A stretch of DNA of 64,000 nt from Eledone cirrhosa. Lineage: Eukaryota. The translations under genes and the position numbers were made by a program. Shown piece after piece: positions 34,300 to 49,077 of this stretch (positions are counted from its first letter, which is position 1; each line of letters opens with the position of its first letter). The notes under the pieces were generated by a model. The model ran no database searches, was not told where the DNA came from, and saw nothing but the letters and a program-made list of their open reading frames with translations. Location of the stretch: contig OZ024741.1 of NCBI GenBank assembly GCA_964016885.1, positions 25,606,001 through 25,670,000 on the forward strand, given 5' to 3'.

Positions 34300-35536
34300 C
34301 TCTTGTTGTTTTAACTTGTTTCACTATATTAAGTGTTAATTTTCGCGGTAAGGGCCTAATCTCACAGCAGTCTCGAATTGACAAGATTTTGATGATGGTT
34401 TGTTTATTTTTAGAACAATCCTTATGGGACTTTCCATTCAAACCATTGGGACCTACAGCTTTACATTTTTAAAGTAATTTCGTCCACATTTGAGGCAGGC
34501 ATTATCTATGCTTCCAGCTGTATTCGTACACATCAAACTTTTTTGACAATGAAGGAACATACTGAACAGGATTCTTCCTATCCACAGGATGCAATCAACT
34601 ATCCAGTTGAATTTCTAAATTCTTTAAATCCTCCTGGTTTACCTCCTAATACATTGGTTCTGAAAGAGGGAACGCCAGTTATTTTGCTGAGAAATATCAC
34701 TCCTCCAAAACTATGCAATGGTACACGCGGTGTGGTTAAAAAACTGTCTCCACTTAGCATTGATGCTACCATTCTATCCGGATGTGGAAAAGGCGAGGAG
34801 GTGATAATAAAAGAAATTAGCCTGACTACATCAGGCGTGGATACTCCCTTCTTTCGCCGAACCCAATTTCCCCTTTGTGTTGCCTTTGCAATGTCCATAA
34901 ACAAGTCGCAAGGTCAAACTCTGTCAGTCACTGGAATTCACTTGGATGAACCTTGCTTTTCGCACGGACAATTCTACGTTGCCTGCTCACGAGTTGGCAG
35001 TCGAGATAATCTCTTTGCATTTGTTCCGAAAAGAAAAACAAAGAATATCAACTATCCTGAAGTGCTTTAGTGTTAAAAAAAAAACTTCACCTTACTCATT
35101 ACAAAACATACCAATGAATATGTCATGCAGGATATTTTGGATTATAAGTTCAAAATTTAACTATACACAGCAAAGGATGCTCTCAAAGAATGGATTTTCT
35201 CTTATTCTACTCTCATTGTTTTTTTTTTGTTTGTATACAACTCTGCTTTCATTACAACTTTTTGTACTTTAGCAAAACTGCCTGTTTTTTTTTACAGATT
35301 TGCAACGTGTATTGGTCTTTAATCATTTGTATAACTACATCCTGTTCAGTGTTTTCCTTCATTATCAACATAGTTTTATGTGTACAAAGATTGCACTAAA
35401 TATTCGTTTCCATGAATTATTGAAGCCTTCTGCTTATTTTGACAGGTTGGGGACAAATAATATTCTTCTTTTACTTCCTAGCTGTATATTATTAGCATAA
35501 TTTCAAACCCCGAGCAACACCGGGTAAATCTGCTAG
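34300..35536 (+). mobile_element. 3' part of a Helitron with a RepHel helicase fragment (5' boundary uncertain)
   Basis: Helicase ORF followed by CCCGAGCAACACCGGG hairpin and CTAG|T at 35533-35537. Confidence 0.85.
34549..35070 (+). pseudogene. C-terminal fragment of a PIF1-like Helitron helicase
   Basis: [25 protein letters not shown]...[27 protein letters not shown] and [13 protein letters not shown] motifs; Rep domain and N-terminal helicase motifs absent. Confidence 0.9.
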
Positions 35537-36044
35537 TATATTATATAGAGCTACAGTAATATATTATATAGAACTACAGTAATATATTATATAGAACTAC
35601 AGTAATATATCATATAGAACTACAGTAATATATTATATAGAACTACAGTAATATATTATATAGAACTACAGTAATATATGATATAGAGCTACAGTAATAT
35701 ATTATATAGAACTACAGTAATATATGATATAGAGCTATAGTAATATATTATATAGAGCTACAGTAATATATTATATAGAACTACAGCAATATATTATATA
35801 GAGAGCGACAGTAATATATTATATAGAACTACAGTAATATGTTATATAGAACTACAGTAATATATTATATAGAACTACAGTAATATATGATATAGAGCTA
35901 CAGTAATATATTATATAGAACTACAGTAATATATGATGTAGAGCTACAGTAATATATGATATAGAGCTACAGTAATATATTATATAGAGCTACAGTAATA
36001 TATTATATAGAGCTACAGTAATATATTATATAGAACTACAGTAA

Positions 36045-36817
36045 TCTATATATATAAAACTGTGGTTGTCTGTCTGTCTATCGATTTTTGGCACACATCT
36101 CCTCTTAGAATCTCTGACGGAATTGCACCGAAATTGCTATACTTGTACATTGAGCCCTAGCGAAGACATCGGAAAAAAATATTTCAAATTGACCCACCCT
36201 ATGTGACGAAATCGAATATAATGTATCGATTTTTGAGCGTAAGTTATCAGTTATTTCCCTTTGTTCTGTTTACATTGAGCGTCTTACGTAAAAAATTACG
36301 CTGGCTTTCTCAGCGTTTAAAATGACATTAACACAATACACGAACATTCGAACACTAAGCTTCCGTTTTGCTTCATTTCCATTTAAAAGCATTTTAAAAC
36401 AATATTTTTACTTGAAAACAAGTCTATTTAAAGACTACGTAAAACAAGCAAATATTTCAGGCGTGCAGACAGACAGTCGTGCAGAGAGGTGATATAGGCG
36501 TGCAGACAGACATAACTGATAATTTGGTTACGCTAATGTTTTTCTCTGCGTTGCAGTGTTTACATTTTCGATCTTTGTTAATAAATAACCAGTGCAGTTT
36601 TTATCCCCAGCATCCTCTTTTGTTATAACATTCGGGTTATCGTTATGTTTTCTTAACTTCATAAGGCATATTGTTGGTTGAGGGAATATTAATCAAAAAC
36701 ACCACATGCAAGTCTGCACAGTAGACACTACAGTTTTTAAGCCAAAAAAGAAACTTAACATTGTAACTTTAACACAGCTACTGAGCGACCCCGAGCAACG
36801 CCGGGCTTTACTGCTAG
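36045..36817 (+). mobile_element. Non-autonomous Helitron, family A copy 1
   Basis: A|TCTATATATATAAAACTGTGG ... CCCGAGCAACGCCGGG CTTTACTGCTAG|T; no TSD. Confidence 0.9.
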
Positions 36818-36955
36818 TATATTATATAGAACTACAGTAATATATGATATAGAGCTACAGTAATATATTATATAGAACTACAGTAATATATGATATAGAG
36901 CTACAGTAATATATTATATAGAGCTACAGTAATATATTATATAGAACTACAGCAA

Positions 36956-37789
36956 TCTATATATATAAAACTGTGGTTGTCTGTCTGTCTATCGATTTTT
37001 GGCACACATCTCCTCTTAGAATCTCTCACGGAATTGCACCGAAATTGCTATACTTGTACATTGAGCCCTAGCGAAGACATCGGAAAAAAAATATTTCAAA
37101 TTGACCCACCCTATGTGACGAAATCGAATATAATGTATCGATTTTTGAGCGTAAGTTATCAGTTATTTCCCTTTGTTCTGTTTACATTGAGCGTCTTACG
37201 TAAAAAATTATGCTGGCTTTCTCAGCGTTTAAAAAATATTGACCTGCAAAATTCATCAGTTCGAACACTAAGCTTCCGTTTTGCTTCATTTCCATTTAAA
37301 AGCATTTTAAAACAATATTTTTACTTGAAAACAAGTCTATTTAAAGACTACGTAAAACAAGCAAATATTTCGTCGTTAGGCGTGCAGACAGACAGTCGTG
37401 CAGACAGACAGTCGTGCAGAGAGGTGATATAGGCGTGCAGACAGACAGTCGTGCAGAGAGGTGATATAGGCGTGCAGACAGACATAACTGATAATTTGGT
37501 TACGCTAATGTTTTTCTCTGCGTTGCAGTGTTTACATTTTCGATCTTTGTTAATAAATAACCAGTGCAGTTTCTATCCCCACCATCCTCTTTTGTTATAA
37601 CATTCGGGTTATCGTTATGTTTTCTTAACTTCATAAGGCATATTGTTGGTTGAGGGAATATTAATCAAAAACACCACATGCAAGTCTGCACAGGAGACAC
37701 TACAGTTTTTAAGCCAAAAAAGAAACTTAACATTGTAACTTTAACACAGCTACTGAGCGACCCCGAGAAACGCCGGGCTTTACTGCTAG
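36956..37789 (+). mobile_element. Non-autonomous Helitron, family A copy 2
   Basis: Same termini and body as copy 1. Confidence 0.9.
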
Positions 37790-37837
37790 TATATTATATA
37801 GAGAGCGACAGTAATATATTATATAGAACTACAGTAA

Positions 37838-38716
37838 TCTATATATATAAAACTGTGGTTGTCTGTCTGTCTATCGATTTTTGGCACACATCTCCTCTTA
37901 GAATCTCTGACGGAATTGCACCGAAATTGCTAGACTTCTACATTGAGCCCTAGCGAAGACATCGGAAAAAAAAAATTTCAAATTGACCCACCCTATGTGA
38001 CGAAATCGAATATAATGTATCGATTTTTGAGCGTAAGTTATCAGTTATTTCCCTTTGTTCTGTTTACATTGAGCGTCTTACGTAAAAAATTACGAGCCAG
38101 CAAAATATTGACCTGCAAAATTCATCAGTTCGAACACTAAGCTTCCGTTTTGCTTCATTTCCATTTAAAAGCTTTTTAAAACAATATTTTTACTTGAAAA
38201 CAAGTCTATTTAAAGACTACGTAAAACAAGCAAATATTTCGTCGTTAGGCGTGCAGACAGACAGTCGTGCAGAGAGGTGATATACGCGTGCAGACAGATA
38301 GTCGTGCAGAGAGGTGATATAGGCGTGCAGACAGACAGTCGTGCAGAGAGGTGATATAGGCGTGCAGACAGTCAGTCGTGCAGAGAGGTGATATAGGCGT
38401 GCAGACAGACATAACTGATAATTTGGTTACACTAATGTTTTTCTCTGCGTTGCAGTGTTTACATTTTCGATCTTTGTTAATAAATAACCAGTGCAGTTTC
38501 TATCCCCAGCATCCTCTTTTGTTATAACATTCGGGTTATCGTTATGTTTTCTTAACTTCATAAGGCATATTGTTGGTTGAGGGAATATTAATCAAAAACA
38601 CCACATGCAAGTCTGCACAGTAGACACTACAGTTTTTAAGCCAAGAAAGAAACTTAACATTGTAACTTTAACACAGCTACTGAGCGACCCCGAGCAACGC
38701 CGGGCTTTACTGCTAG
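37838..38716 (+). mobile_element. Non-autonomous Helitron, family A copy 3
   Basis: Same termini; 4 copies of an internal 37-bp repeat. Confidence 0.9.
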
Positions 38717-39225
38717 TATATTATATAGAACTACAGTAATATATTATATAGAGCTACAGTAATATATTATATAGAGCTACAGTAATATATTATATAGAAC
38801 TACAGTAATATATTATATAGAGCTACAGTAATATATTATATAGAGCTACAGTAATATATTATATAGAGCTACAGTAATACATTATATAGAACTACAGCAA
38901 TATATTATATAGAGAGCTACAGTAATATATGATATAGAGCTACAGTAAAATATTATAGAGAGCTACAGTAATATATTATAGAGAGCTACAGTAATATATT
39001 ATATAGAGAGCTACAGTAATATATTATATAGAGAGCTACAGTAATATATTATATAGAACTACAGCAATATATTATATAGAGAGCTACAGTAATATATTAT
39101 ATAGAACTACAGCAATATATTATATAGAGAGCTACAGTAATATATTATATAGAGCTACAGTAATATATTATATAGAGAGCTTCAGTAATATATTATATAG
39201 AGCTACAGTAATATATTATATAGAA

Positions 39226-40156
39226 CTAGCAGTAAAGCCCGGCGTTGCTCGGGGTCGCTCAGTAGCTGTGTTAAAGTTACAATGTTAAGTTTCTTTTTTG
39301 GCTTAAAAACTGTAGTGTCTACTGTGCAGACTTGCATGTGGTGTTTTTGATTAATATTCCCTCAACCAACAATATGCCTTATGAAGTTAAGAAAACATAA
39401 CGATAACCCGAATGTCATAACAAAAGAGGATGCTGGGGATAGAAACTGCACTGGTTATTTATTAACAAAGATCGAAAATGTAAACACTGCAACGCAGAGA
39501 AAAACATTAGCGTAACCAAATTATTAGTTATGTCTGTCTGCACGCCTATATCACCTCTCTGCACGACTGTCTGTCTGCACGCCTATATCACCTCTCTGCA
39601 CGACTATCTGTCTGCACGCCTATATCACCTCTCTGAACGACTATCTGTCTGCACGCGTATATCACCTCTCTGCACGACTGTCTGTCTGCACGCCTAAAGA
39701 CGAAATATTTGCTTGTTTTACGTAGTCTTTAAATAGACTTGTTTTCAAGTAAAAATATTGTTTTAAAATGCTTTTAAATGGAAATGAAGCAAAACGGAAG
39801 CCTAGTGTTCGAACTGATGAATTTTGCAGGTCAATATTTTGCTGGCTCGACAACTGTTCGTGTATTGTGTTAATGTCATTTTAAACGCTGAGAAAGCCAG
39901 CGTAATTTTTTACGTAAGACGCTCAATGTAAACAGAACAAAGGGAAATAACTGATAACTTACGCTCAAAAATCGATACATTATATTCGATTTCGTCACAT
40001 AGGGTGGGTCAATTTGAAATATTTTTTTCCGATGTCTTCGCTAGGGCTCAATGTACAAGTATAGCAATTTCGGTGCAATTCCGTCAGAGATTCTAAGAGG
40101 AGATGTGTGCCAAAAATCGATAGACAGACAGACAACCACAGTTTTATATATATAGA
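39226..40156 (-). mobile_element. Non-autonomous Helitron, family A copy 4 (longest)
   Basis: Reverse complement of copies 1-3; A|TC...CTAG|T on the minus strand. Confidence 0.9.
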
Positions 40157-41456
40157 TTACAGTAATATATTATATAGAGCTACAGTAATATATTATATAG
40201 AGCTACAGTAATATATTATATAGAGCTACAGTAATATATTATATAGAGCTAAAGTAATATATTATATAGAGCTACAGTAATATATTATAGAGCTATAGTA
40301 ATATATTATATAGAGCTACAGTAATATATTATATAGAGCTACAGTAATATATTATATAGAATTACAGTAATATATTATATAGAGCTACAGTAATATATTA
40401 TATAGAACTACAATAATATATTATATAGAGCTACAGTAATATATTATATAGAGCTACAGTAATATATTATATAGAGCTACAGTAATTATATGATATAGAG
40501 CTACAGTAATATATTATATAGAGCTACAGTAATATATTATATAGAGCTACAGTAATATATTATATAGAGCTACAGTAATATATTATATAGAACTACAGTA
40601 ATATATTATATAGAGCTACAGTAATATATTATAGAGAGCTACAGTAATATATTATATAGAGAGCTTCAGTAATATATTATATAGAGCTAGTAATATATTA
40701 TATAGAGCTACAGTAATATATTATATAGAGCTACAGTAATATATTATATAGAGCTACAGTAATATATTATATAGAGCTACAGTAATATATTATATAGAGC
40801 TACAGTAATATATGATATAGAGCTACAGTAACATATTATATAGAGCTACACAAATATATTATATAGAGAGCTACAGTAATATATTATATAGAACTACAGT
40901 AATATATTATATAGAACTACAGTAATATATTATATAGAGCAATAGTAATATATTATATAGAGCAACAGTAATATATTATATAGAGCTACAGTAATATATT
41001 ATATAGAACTACAGTAATATATGACATAGAGCTACAGTAATATATTATATAGAGCTATAGTAATATATTATATAGAGCTACAGTAATATATGATATAGAT
41101 CTACAGTAATATATGATATAGAGCTACAGTAATATATTATATAGAGCTATAGTAATATATTATATAGAACTACAGTAATATATTATATAGAACTACAGTA
41201 ATATATTATATAGAGCTACAGTAATATATGATATAGAACTACAGTAATATATTATATAGAGCTACAGTAATATATTATATAGAGCTACAGTAATATATGA
41301 TATAGAGAGCTACAGTAATATATGATATAGAGCTACAGTAATATATGATATAGAGCTACAGTAATATATGATATAGAGCTACAGTAATATATTATATAGA
41401 ACTACAGTAATATATTATATAGAGCTACTGTAATATATGATATAGAGTTACAGTAA

Positions 41457-42517
41457 TCTACTATATAAATTGGAAGTGGTCGGATGTTGTATATTTAAGT
41501 AAGTAGGTGTAGTCGGTTAAACGTTGAAACGGCTTGGTGGAATGCAGCGAAAATTTACACAGTTATGCAGAATGACCCGAGGAGGCGTTGGGTCGACCTT
41601 CAAGCTACAAGCTTCCATGGTTACGGAGAAAATCGATGAAACAGGAATTTCCCATTCAAATTGAACTTAGAATAATCTATGAACGCAGAAGTAAATATTT
41701 CGAGAAACGTTGCAACCGAACGAAAACAGGAAGACGATGTTTTGGTTCGTGAAGATGTTCCTGCTAATGAACGGAAAATAGGCGAGGATAATACGTCGTT
41801 ATGTGGATTGAGAAGAACAATTTCATGCAAAGACAAGACCAAGTTTATGGTATAAATGGAGTCGTTAGACTAATATTCTATTTAAAATAACAGAATGATT
41901 TCCAGCCCCGGAGTTTAAGAATGATGTAAATAAAATTGAAAACGAAAATGACAGAGGTTATTAAAATAGTAAAAGTAAATAGTGAAGATTTAGGCCACTA
42001 CAAAGGTATGCCCCGACGGACATACACATACATACGCACACACAAATACATACCCCCCCCCCACACACACGAGCGCGTGCGTGTATAAACCTTATGCATT
42101 TCTACAGTATTTTCACCGAACTTAAGACATAGGTTACTTATGTCCTCCGGATGGTCATGGGCACTTTCAATTTTACAGATATTGATTATAGGGCACCCCG
42201 GCAGATAACCCCCTTTAACCACTTCCTTGGAGTAGACTGAAGCACTGCAGTGCAATGCAACAAAACGTCATAACTTCTGGAGTTCACAACCGATTTTCAC
42301 AAAACTTCACACATGGGCTACGTTTGTCCTACAGATGAATGTGAACTCTCAGAATTGGCACATATTGAGTAGGGGACCCCTGGGGGCAGGAACCCTCTTT
42401 TGGAAAAAGCCGATGATTTTGTAAAAGTATAGTTTTCGAATTAGCACTGAAGTATTGACATAAATGGTATACGCAACTGCTATTTAATACCCAAGCAACG
42501 CCGGGTAACTCTGCTAG
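41457..42517 (+). mobile_element. Non-autonomous Helitron, family B
   Basis: A|TCTACTATATAAA ... CCCAAGCAACGCCGGG TAACTCTGCTAG|T, inserted cleanly into a satellite unit. Confidence 0.88.
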
Positions 42518-45500
42518 TATATTATATAGAGCTACAGTAATATATTATATAGAGCTACAGTAATATATTATATAGAACTACAGTAATATATTATATAGAG
42601 AGCTACAGTAATATATTATATAGAACTACAGTAATATATTATATAGAGCTACAGTAATATATTATATAGAACTACAGTAATATATTATATAGAAGTACAG
42701 TAATATATTATATAGAGCTACAGTAATACATTATATAGAAGTACAGTAATACATTATATAGAAGTACAGTAATATATTATATAGAGCTACAGTAATATAT
42801 TATATAGAGCTACAGTAATATATTATATAGAACTACAGTAATATATTATATAGAACTACAGTAATATATTATATAGAACTACAGTAATATATTATATAGA
42901 ACTACAGTAATATATGATATAGAGCTACAGTAATATATTATATAGAACTACAGTAATATATTATATAGAGCTACAGTAATATATTATATAGAGCTACAGT
43001 AATATATTATATAGAGCTACAGTAATATATTATATAGAACTACAGTAATATATTATATAGAGAGCTACAGTAATATATTATATAGAACTACAGTAATATA
43101 TGATATAGAGCTACAGTAATATATTATATAGAGAGCTACAGTAATATATTATATAGAACTACAGTAATATATGATATAGAGCTACAGTAATATATTATAT
43201 AGAACTACAGTAATATATTATATAGAGCTACAGTAATATATTATATAGAGAGCTTCAGTAATATATTATATAGAGCTAGTAATATATTATATAGAGCTAC
43301 AGTAATATATTATATAGAGCTACAATAATATATTATATAGAACTACAGTAATATATTATATAGAACTACAGTAATATATTATATAGAAGTACAGTAATAT
43401 ATTATATAGAGCTAAAGTAATATATTATATAGAGCTACAGTAATATATTATATAGAGCTACAGTAATATATTATATACAACTACAGTAATATATTATATA
43501 GAGAGCTACAGTAATATATTACATAGAACTACAGTAATATATTATATAGAAGTACAGTAATATATTATATAGAGCTACAGTAATATATTATATAGAGCTA
43601 CAGTAATATATTATATAGAACTACAGTAATATATTATATAGAGCTATAGTAATATATTATATAGAGCTACAGTAATATATTATAGAGCTACAGTAATATA
43701 TTATATAGAGCTACAGTAATATATTATATAGAGCTACAGTAATATATTATATAGAGCTACAGTAATATATTATATAGAACTACAGTAATATATTATATAG
43801 AGAGCTACAGTAATATATTATATAGAGAGCTACAGTAATATATTATATAGAACTACAGTAATATATTATATAGAACTACAGTAATATATTATATAGAGAG
43901 CTACAGTAATATATTATATAGAGAGCTACAGTAATATATTATATAGAGCTACAGTAATATATTATATAGAACTACAGTAATATATTATATAGAGCTACAG
44001 TAATATATTATATAGAGCTACAGTAATATATTATATAGAACTACAGTAATATATTATATAGAACTACAGTAATATATTATATAGAGCTACAGTAATATAT
44101 TATATAGAACTACAGTAAGATATATAGAGCTAGAGTAATACATATAGAACTACAGTGATATTTTATATAGAGCTACAGTAATATATAATATAGAGCTACA
44201 GTAATATATGATATAGAACTACAGTAATATATTATATAGAGCTACAGTAATATATTATATAGAGCTACAGTAATATATTATATAGAGCTACAGTAATATA
44301 TTATATAGAACTATAGAAATATATAATATAAAGCTACAGTAATATATTATATAGAGCTATAGAAATATATTATATAGAAAGAACTACAGTAATATATTAT
44401 ATAGAGCTATAGAAATATATAATATAAAGCTACAGTAATATATATATAGAGCTATATAAATATATTATATGGAGCTATAGAAATATATAATATAAAGCTA
44501 TAGAAATATATGATATATAAAGCTACAGTAATATATATATATATAAAGCTATAGAAATATATGATATATAAAGCTACAGTAATATATATATATATAAAGC
44601 TATAGAAATATATGATATATAAAGCTACAGTAACATATATAATATAGAGCTATAGAAATATATGATATAGAGCTATAGAAATATATAATATAAAGCTACA
44701 GTAATATATATATATATAAAGCTATAGAAATATATGATATATAAAGCTACAGTAATATATTATATAGAGCTATATAAATATATTATATAGAGCTACAGAA
44801 ATATATATAATATAAAGCTACAGTACTATATTATATAGAGCTATAGAAATATATGATATAGAGCTATAGAAATATATATAATATAGAGCTATAGAAATAT
44901 ATATAATATAGAACTATAGAAATATATATAATATAAAGCTATAGAAATATATATAATATAGAGCTATAGAAATATATGATATAGAGCTATAGAAATATAT
45001 GATATAGAGCTATAGAAATATATATAATATAAAGCTATAGAAATATATGATATAGAGCTATAGAAATATATATAATATAGAGCTATAGAAATATATGATA
45101 TAGATCTATAGAAATATATATAATATAGAGCTATAGAAATATACATAATATAGAACTATAGAAATATATATAATATAGAGCTATAGAAATATATAAAATA
45201 TAGAGCTATAGAAATATATATAATATAGAGCTATAGAAATATATATAATATAGAGCTATAGAAATATATATAATATAAAGCTATAGAAATATATATAATA
45301 TAGAGCTATAGAAATATATATAATACAGAGCTATAGAAATATATATAATATAAAGCTATAGAAATATATATAATATAAAGCTATAGAAATATATATAATA
45401 CAGAGCTATAGAAATATATATAATATAAAGCTATAGAAATATATAAAATATAAAGCTATAGAAATATATGATATAGAGCTATAGAAATATATATAATATA

Positions 45501-45992
45501 AAGCTATAGAAATATATATAATACAGAGCTATAGAAATATATGATATAGAGCTATAGAAATATATATAATATAAAGCTATAGAAATATATATAATACAGA
45601 GCTATAGAAATATATGATATAGAGCTATAGAAATATATATAATATAAAGCTATAGAAATATATATAATACAGAGCTATAGAAACATATGATATAGAGCTA
45701 TAGAAATATATATAATATAGAGCTATAGAAATATATATGATATAGAGCTATAGAAATATATATAATACAGAGCTATAGAAATATATGATATAGAGCTATA
45801 GAAATATATATAATATAAAGCTATAAAAATATATATAATACAGAGCTATAGAAATATATAAAATATAGAGCTATAGAAATATATGATATAGAGCTATAGA
45901 AATATATATAATATAAAGCTCTAGAAATATATATAATACAGAGCTATAGAAATATATGATATAGAGCTATAGAAATATATATTATATAAAGC

Positions 45993-46642
45993 TAAAGATA
46001 GACGGTAGCCACGGAGTAGGCAGACCCAGAAAAGCCTGGGACGAGCTGATAAATTCCGACCTCACACACTTACACCTCTCCAAGACAATGTCACTGGACC
46101 GAGACCTATGGCGGTACTCAGTAATAGAGAAGACCCGCCTTACCTAAATACAAAGTAAAACCTCCTACAGTCAGTAGGCATCTCTAACAAAATACACCCC
46201 CGTCCCACCACCCCCACACCGCCCCTTTCAATGTAAAGTTATGTTGGTGCCACAACATCCAGGTCGAAACAAATGAGATCGTGTAGGTGTCACGACAAAA
46301 AAACACACAGTCCACGCTGTAATGTGGCCATGTAGGCAACACGGTAAAAACCTCCCAGCCCCACACTGTAAATGTGGTTGGTGTTAGGAAGGGCATCCAG
46401 CTGTAGAAAACCCGCCAGACAGTCCACGCTGTAATGTGGCCGTGTAGGCAACACGGTAAAAACCTCCCAGCCCCACACTGTAAATGTGGTTGGTGTTAGG
46501 AAGGGCATCCAGCTGTAGAAAACCCGCCATACAGTCCTATGCGAGCAATGACAACCACTCTTGCCTCAAGTGGGAAAACTCCCGTCCAAACCCATGCAAG
46601 CGTGGAACATGGACGTTAAACGATGATGATGATGATGATGAT
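45993..46642 (+). mobile_element. 5'-truncated copy of the 15795-19748 RTE family, with a 112-bp tandem duplication in its 3' UTR
   Basis: Colinear with ~19195-19748; TSD ATAAAGCTA; duplicated block starts at 46308 and 46420. Confidence 0.92.
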
Positions 46643-47551
46643 AAAGCTATAGAAATATATATAATACAGAGCTATAGAAATATATGATATAGAGCTATAG
46701 AAATATATATAATATAAAGCTATAGAAATATATATAATACAGAGCTATAGAAATATATGATATAGAGCTATAGAAATATATAATATAAAGCTATAGAAAT
46801 ATAATATAGAGCTACATTTAGGTTTCTTAATCCCTATAAAACACTTGATATTTCTATAGAGTTCTATTGACTGAAACTGTTTTCCAGGTGACAGTTGATG
46901 TTAATTACTTTCATGGTATGCTTGCACAGACTCCTATCTCAGGTAGGAAATACCTTTGCTATTTAACTTAAATACCAGTTCATTATAGGACCCCTCCCTC
47001 CCACCCTCGTGTTCTTGAACAAAACATTTCATTTCACGTTGCCCCAGTATACTCAAATGAGTACCAGCAATAGCTGGGAGTTTAACCCTGTGATGGACTG
47101 ACATCCTGTCCAGGGGAATCTTGAACTCTCAGTCGCTTAACGCCATGGAAACCAGGATAAGCACTGGCCTAGACTTAGACTACCTATGGTCGTGAGTCTC
47201 GGGTAATGGCTGGAAGAATATGATCACAAATACAAGCAGCCGAAATGGAGCTATTCTGAAGGGTATTTGGAGTAACGTTACTTGATGTGTAGCTCGGAGA
47301 TGAGAGGGTCACTCGAGGTAGAGCTGCTATTTCTCCAAATTGAGAGATCACAGCTCCGATAATATGGCCATGTAGTTAGAATGTCTCAGGAGAGAACTGC
47401 AGGACAGATTTTATGAGCAAAACCATACCAGCAGGAGACCCAGCACTATCAGTTGGAGACAGTTGCTTCTGACAGGACTAGCTGGAAGGTATGTTTAAGG
47501 GCTCTGCCCCCATGACCCTCTCAGAAATATGTGGATGAAGAAAAAGATATA

Positions 47552-47631
47552 CAGGGTGTCCCCTGAAAATTGACATCATTTGAGATGTCATTAGACTATG
47601 AAATGATGTCAATTTTTTGGGGGCCACCCAG
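47552..47631. mobile_element. 80-bp Tc1/mariner-type mini-MITE
   Basis: TA-CAGGGTGTCCCCTGAAAATTGACATCATTT ... AAATGATGTCAATTTTTTGGGGGCCACCCAG-TA. Confidence 0.75.
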
Positions 47632-47707
47632 TATATATGTATTATGTGTATACATATACATACCAAAACTGCCCACACTTATTTGTGAATAGACACAGGT
47701 ATACACT

Positions 47708-47739
<32 letters not shown>

Positions 47740-47864
47740 CATACATACATATTCTCCCTGTAAAAACCACAAACAACCAAAGTTATTAGACATAACTTTT
47801 CCAGTAAAAATAAACCTGTCAGAGTGTTTTCCGCAAATGTAAGCTAACATCTGCAGCTGGTGGT

Positions 47865-48079
47865 TTAACCTCACATATCCTTTACATTACTCAATATATA
47901 CTAATGCATTTTCATGGTAAAGGCTTCATCTCACATAATATCGATTCTATGAGATTTTGATATTTATTTTGAGAACAATACCTTAATGTCAGTATGAGTG
48001 GCCAGTTACAGTCGGTTTGAACAGAAAGAAGTGAGAGAATTTTAGCCAGATATGGCTGGTTTAAATGCTAAACTGTTAA
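47865..48079. mobile_element. piggyBac-type MITE, inverted and more degraded copy
   Basis: Reverse complement of 25645-25861; TTAA at both ends. Confidence 0.65.
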
Positions 48080-49077
48080 TTAGAGGAGGAACAACAGTAC
48101 CTGTATCCATTCTGTAGAACCTCCAAGACAGTTTAAGAGAAATGGAAGAAGAAAATTCCATCACTAATGGTCATCTGTACAACTGAAGACTGAATTAACC
48201 TCAAAGACTTGGTTGAAATGGTTGAAGCACTCCACTTTGTTAAAGATGACCAAGGCACAGGCTGTCGTATTAGACGATGTATATAGTTTAGTAGTTAGTA
48301 GGTTTGACTCACAATTGTAAGGTTGTGAGTTCGAATCTCAGTTGTGCATTATGTTCTTGAGAAAGACACTTCATTTCATGTTGCTCAAGTCCACTCAACT
48401 AGCAATAATGAGTTGCTCTTGTATTTCAAATGGCCAGCCTTGTCACACATTATGTCATACTGAATCTCCCTGAGAACTATGTTAAGTGTGTACATGTCTA
48501 TAGAATGTTATGTGATTTATTATTTGTTTACTTTCATGAGCAGGTTGTTTCATTGGTTAAACTGGAACACTTAGCTGTTTTAACAATAACTTACTTGTAA
48601 ATTATGGGTGGAGAGGATATAGTAGACAGAGAAAATATAAAGACAGATGGATAGAAAGAAAGGAAGAGAGAGAAAGAATGTAGAAGGCAAAAGAAGGAAG
48701 AGAGAGATAGAAAGAATGTAGATGACAAAAGGAGGAAGAGAGAGATAGAAAGAATGTAGACCACAAAAGAAAGAAGAGATAGAAAGAATGTAGAAGTCTG
48801 AGAAAAACAAAAGAAGGAAGACAAGAAAAAAGAAAAAGTAAATATGGTTTCTGACATAAGCTCAAGGCCAGATTTTTAAAGGAAGGAGAAAGTCAATTAT
48901 GACCTCAGTATTTGACTGCTACTATATTTTATCAACCTCAAGATGAAAGGCAAAGTTGATCTCAGTAGGATTTGAACTCAGAACATAAAGGGCTGTAACT
49001 CAATGCTGCAATGCAATCCTTTGCAATAGGAATAAGTAAGATTGGAGAAAAAAAGAAGAAAGTCAATGAATACATAC

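Larger units (their letters stand above)
35537..46815. repeat. ~11-kb satellite of 23(-25)-bp units (TATATTATATAGAGCTACAGTAA), interrupted by five Helitrons and one RTE fragment
   Basis: Period of 23 measured at 35551/35574; the unit drifts to TATATATAATATAGAGCTATAGAAA after ~44300. Confidence 0.97.
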
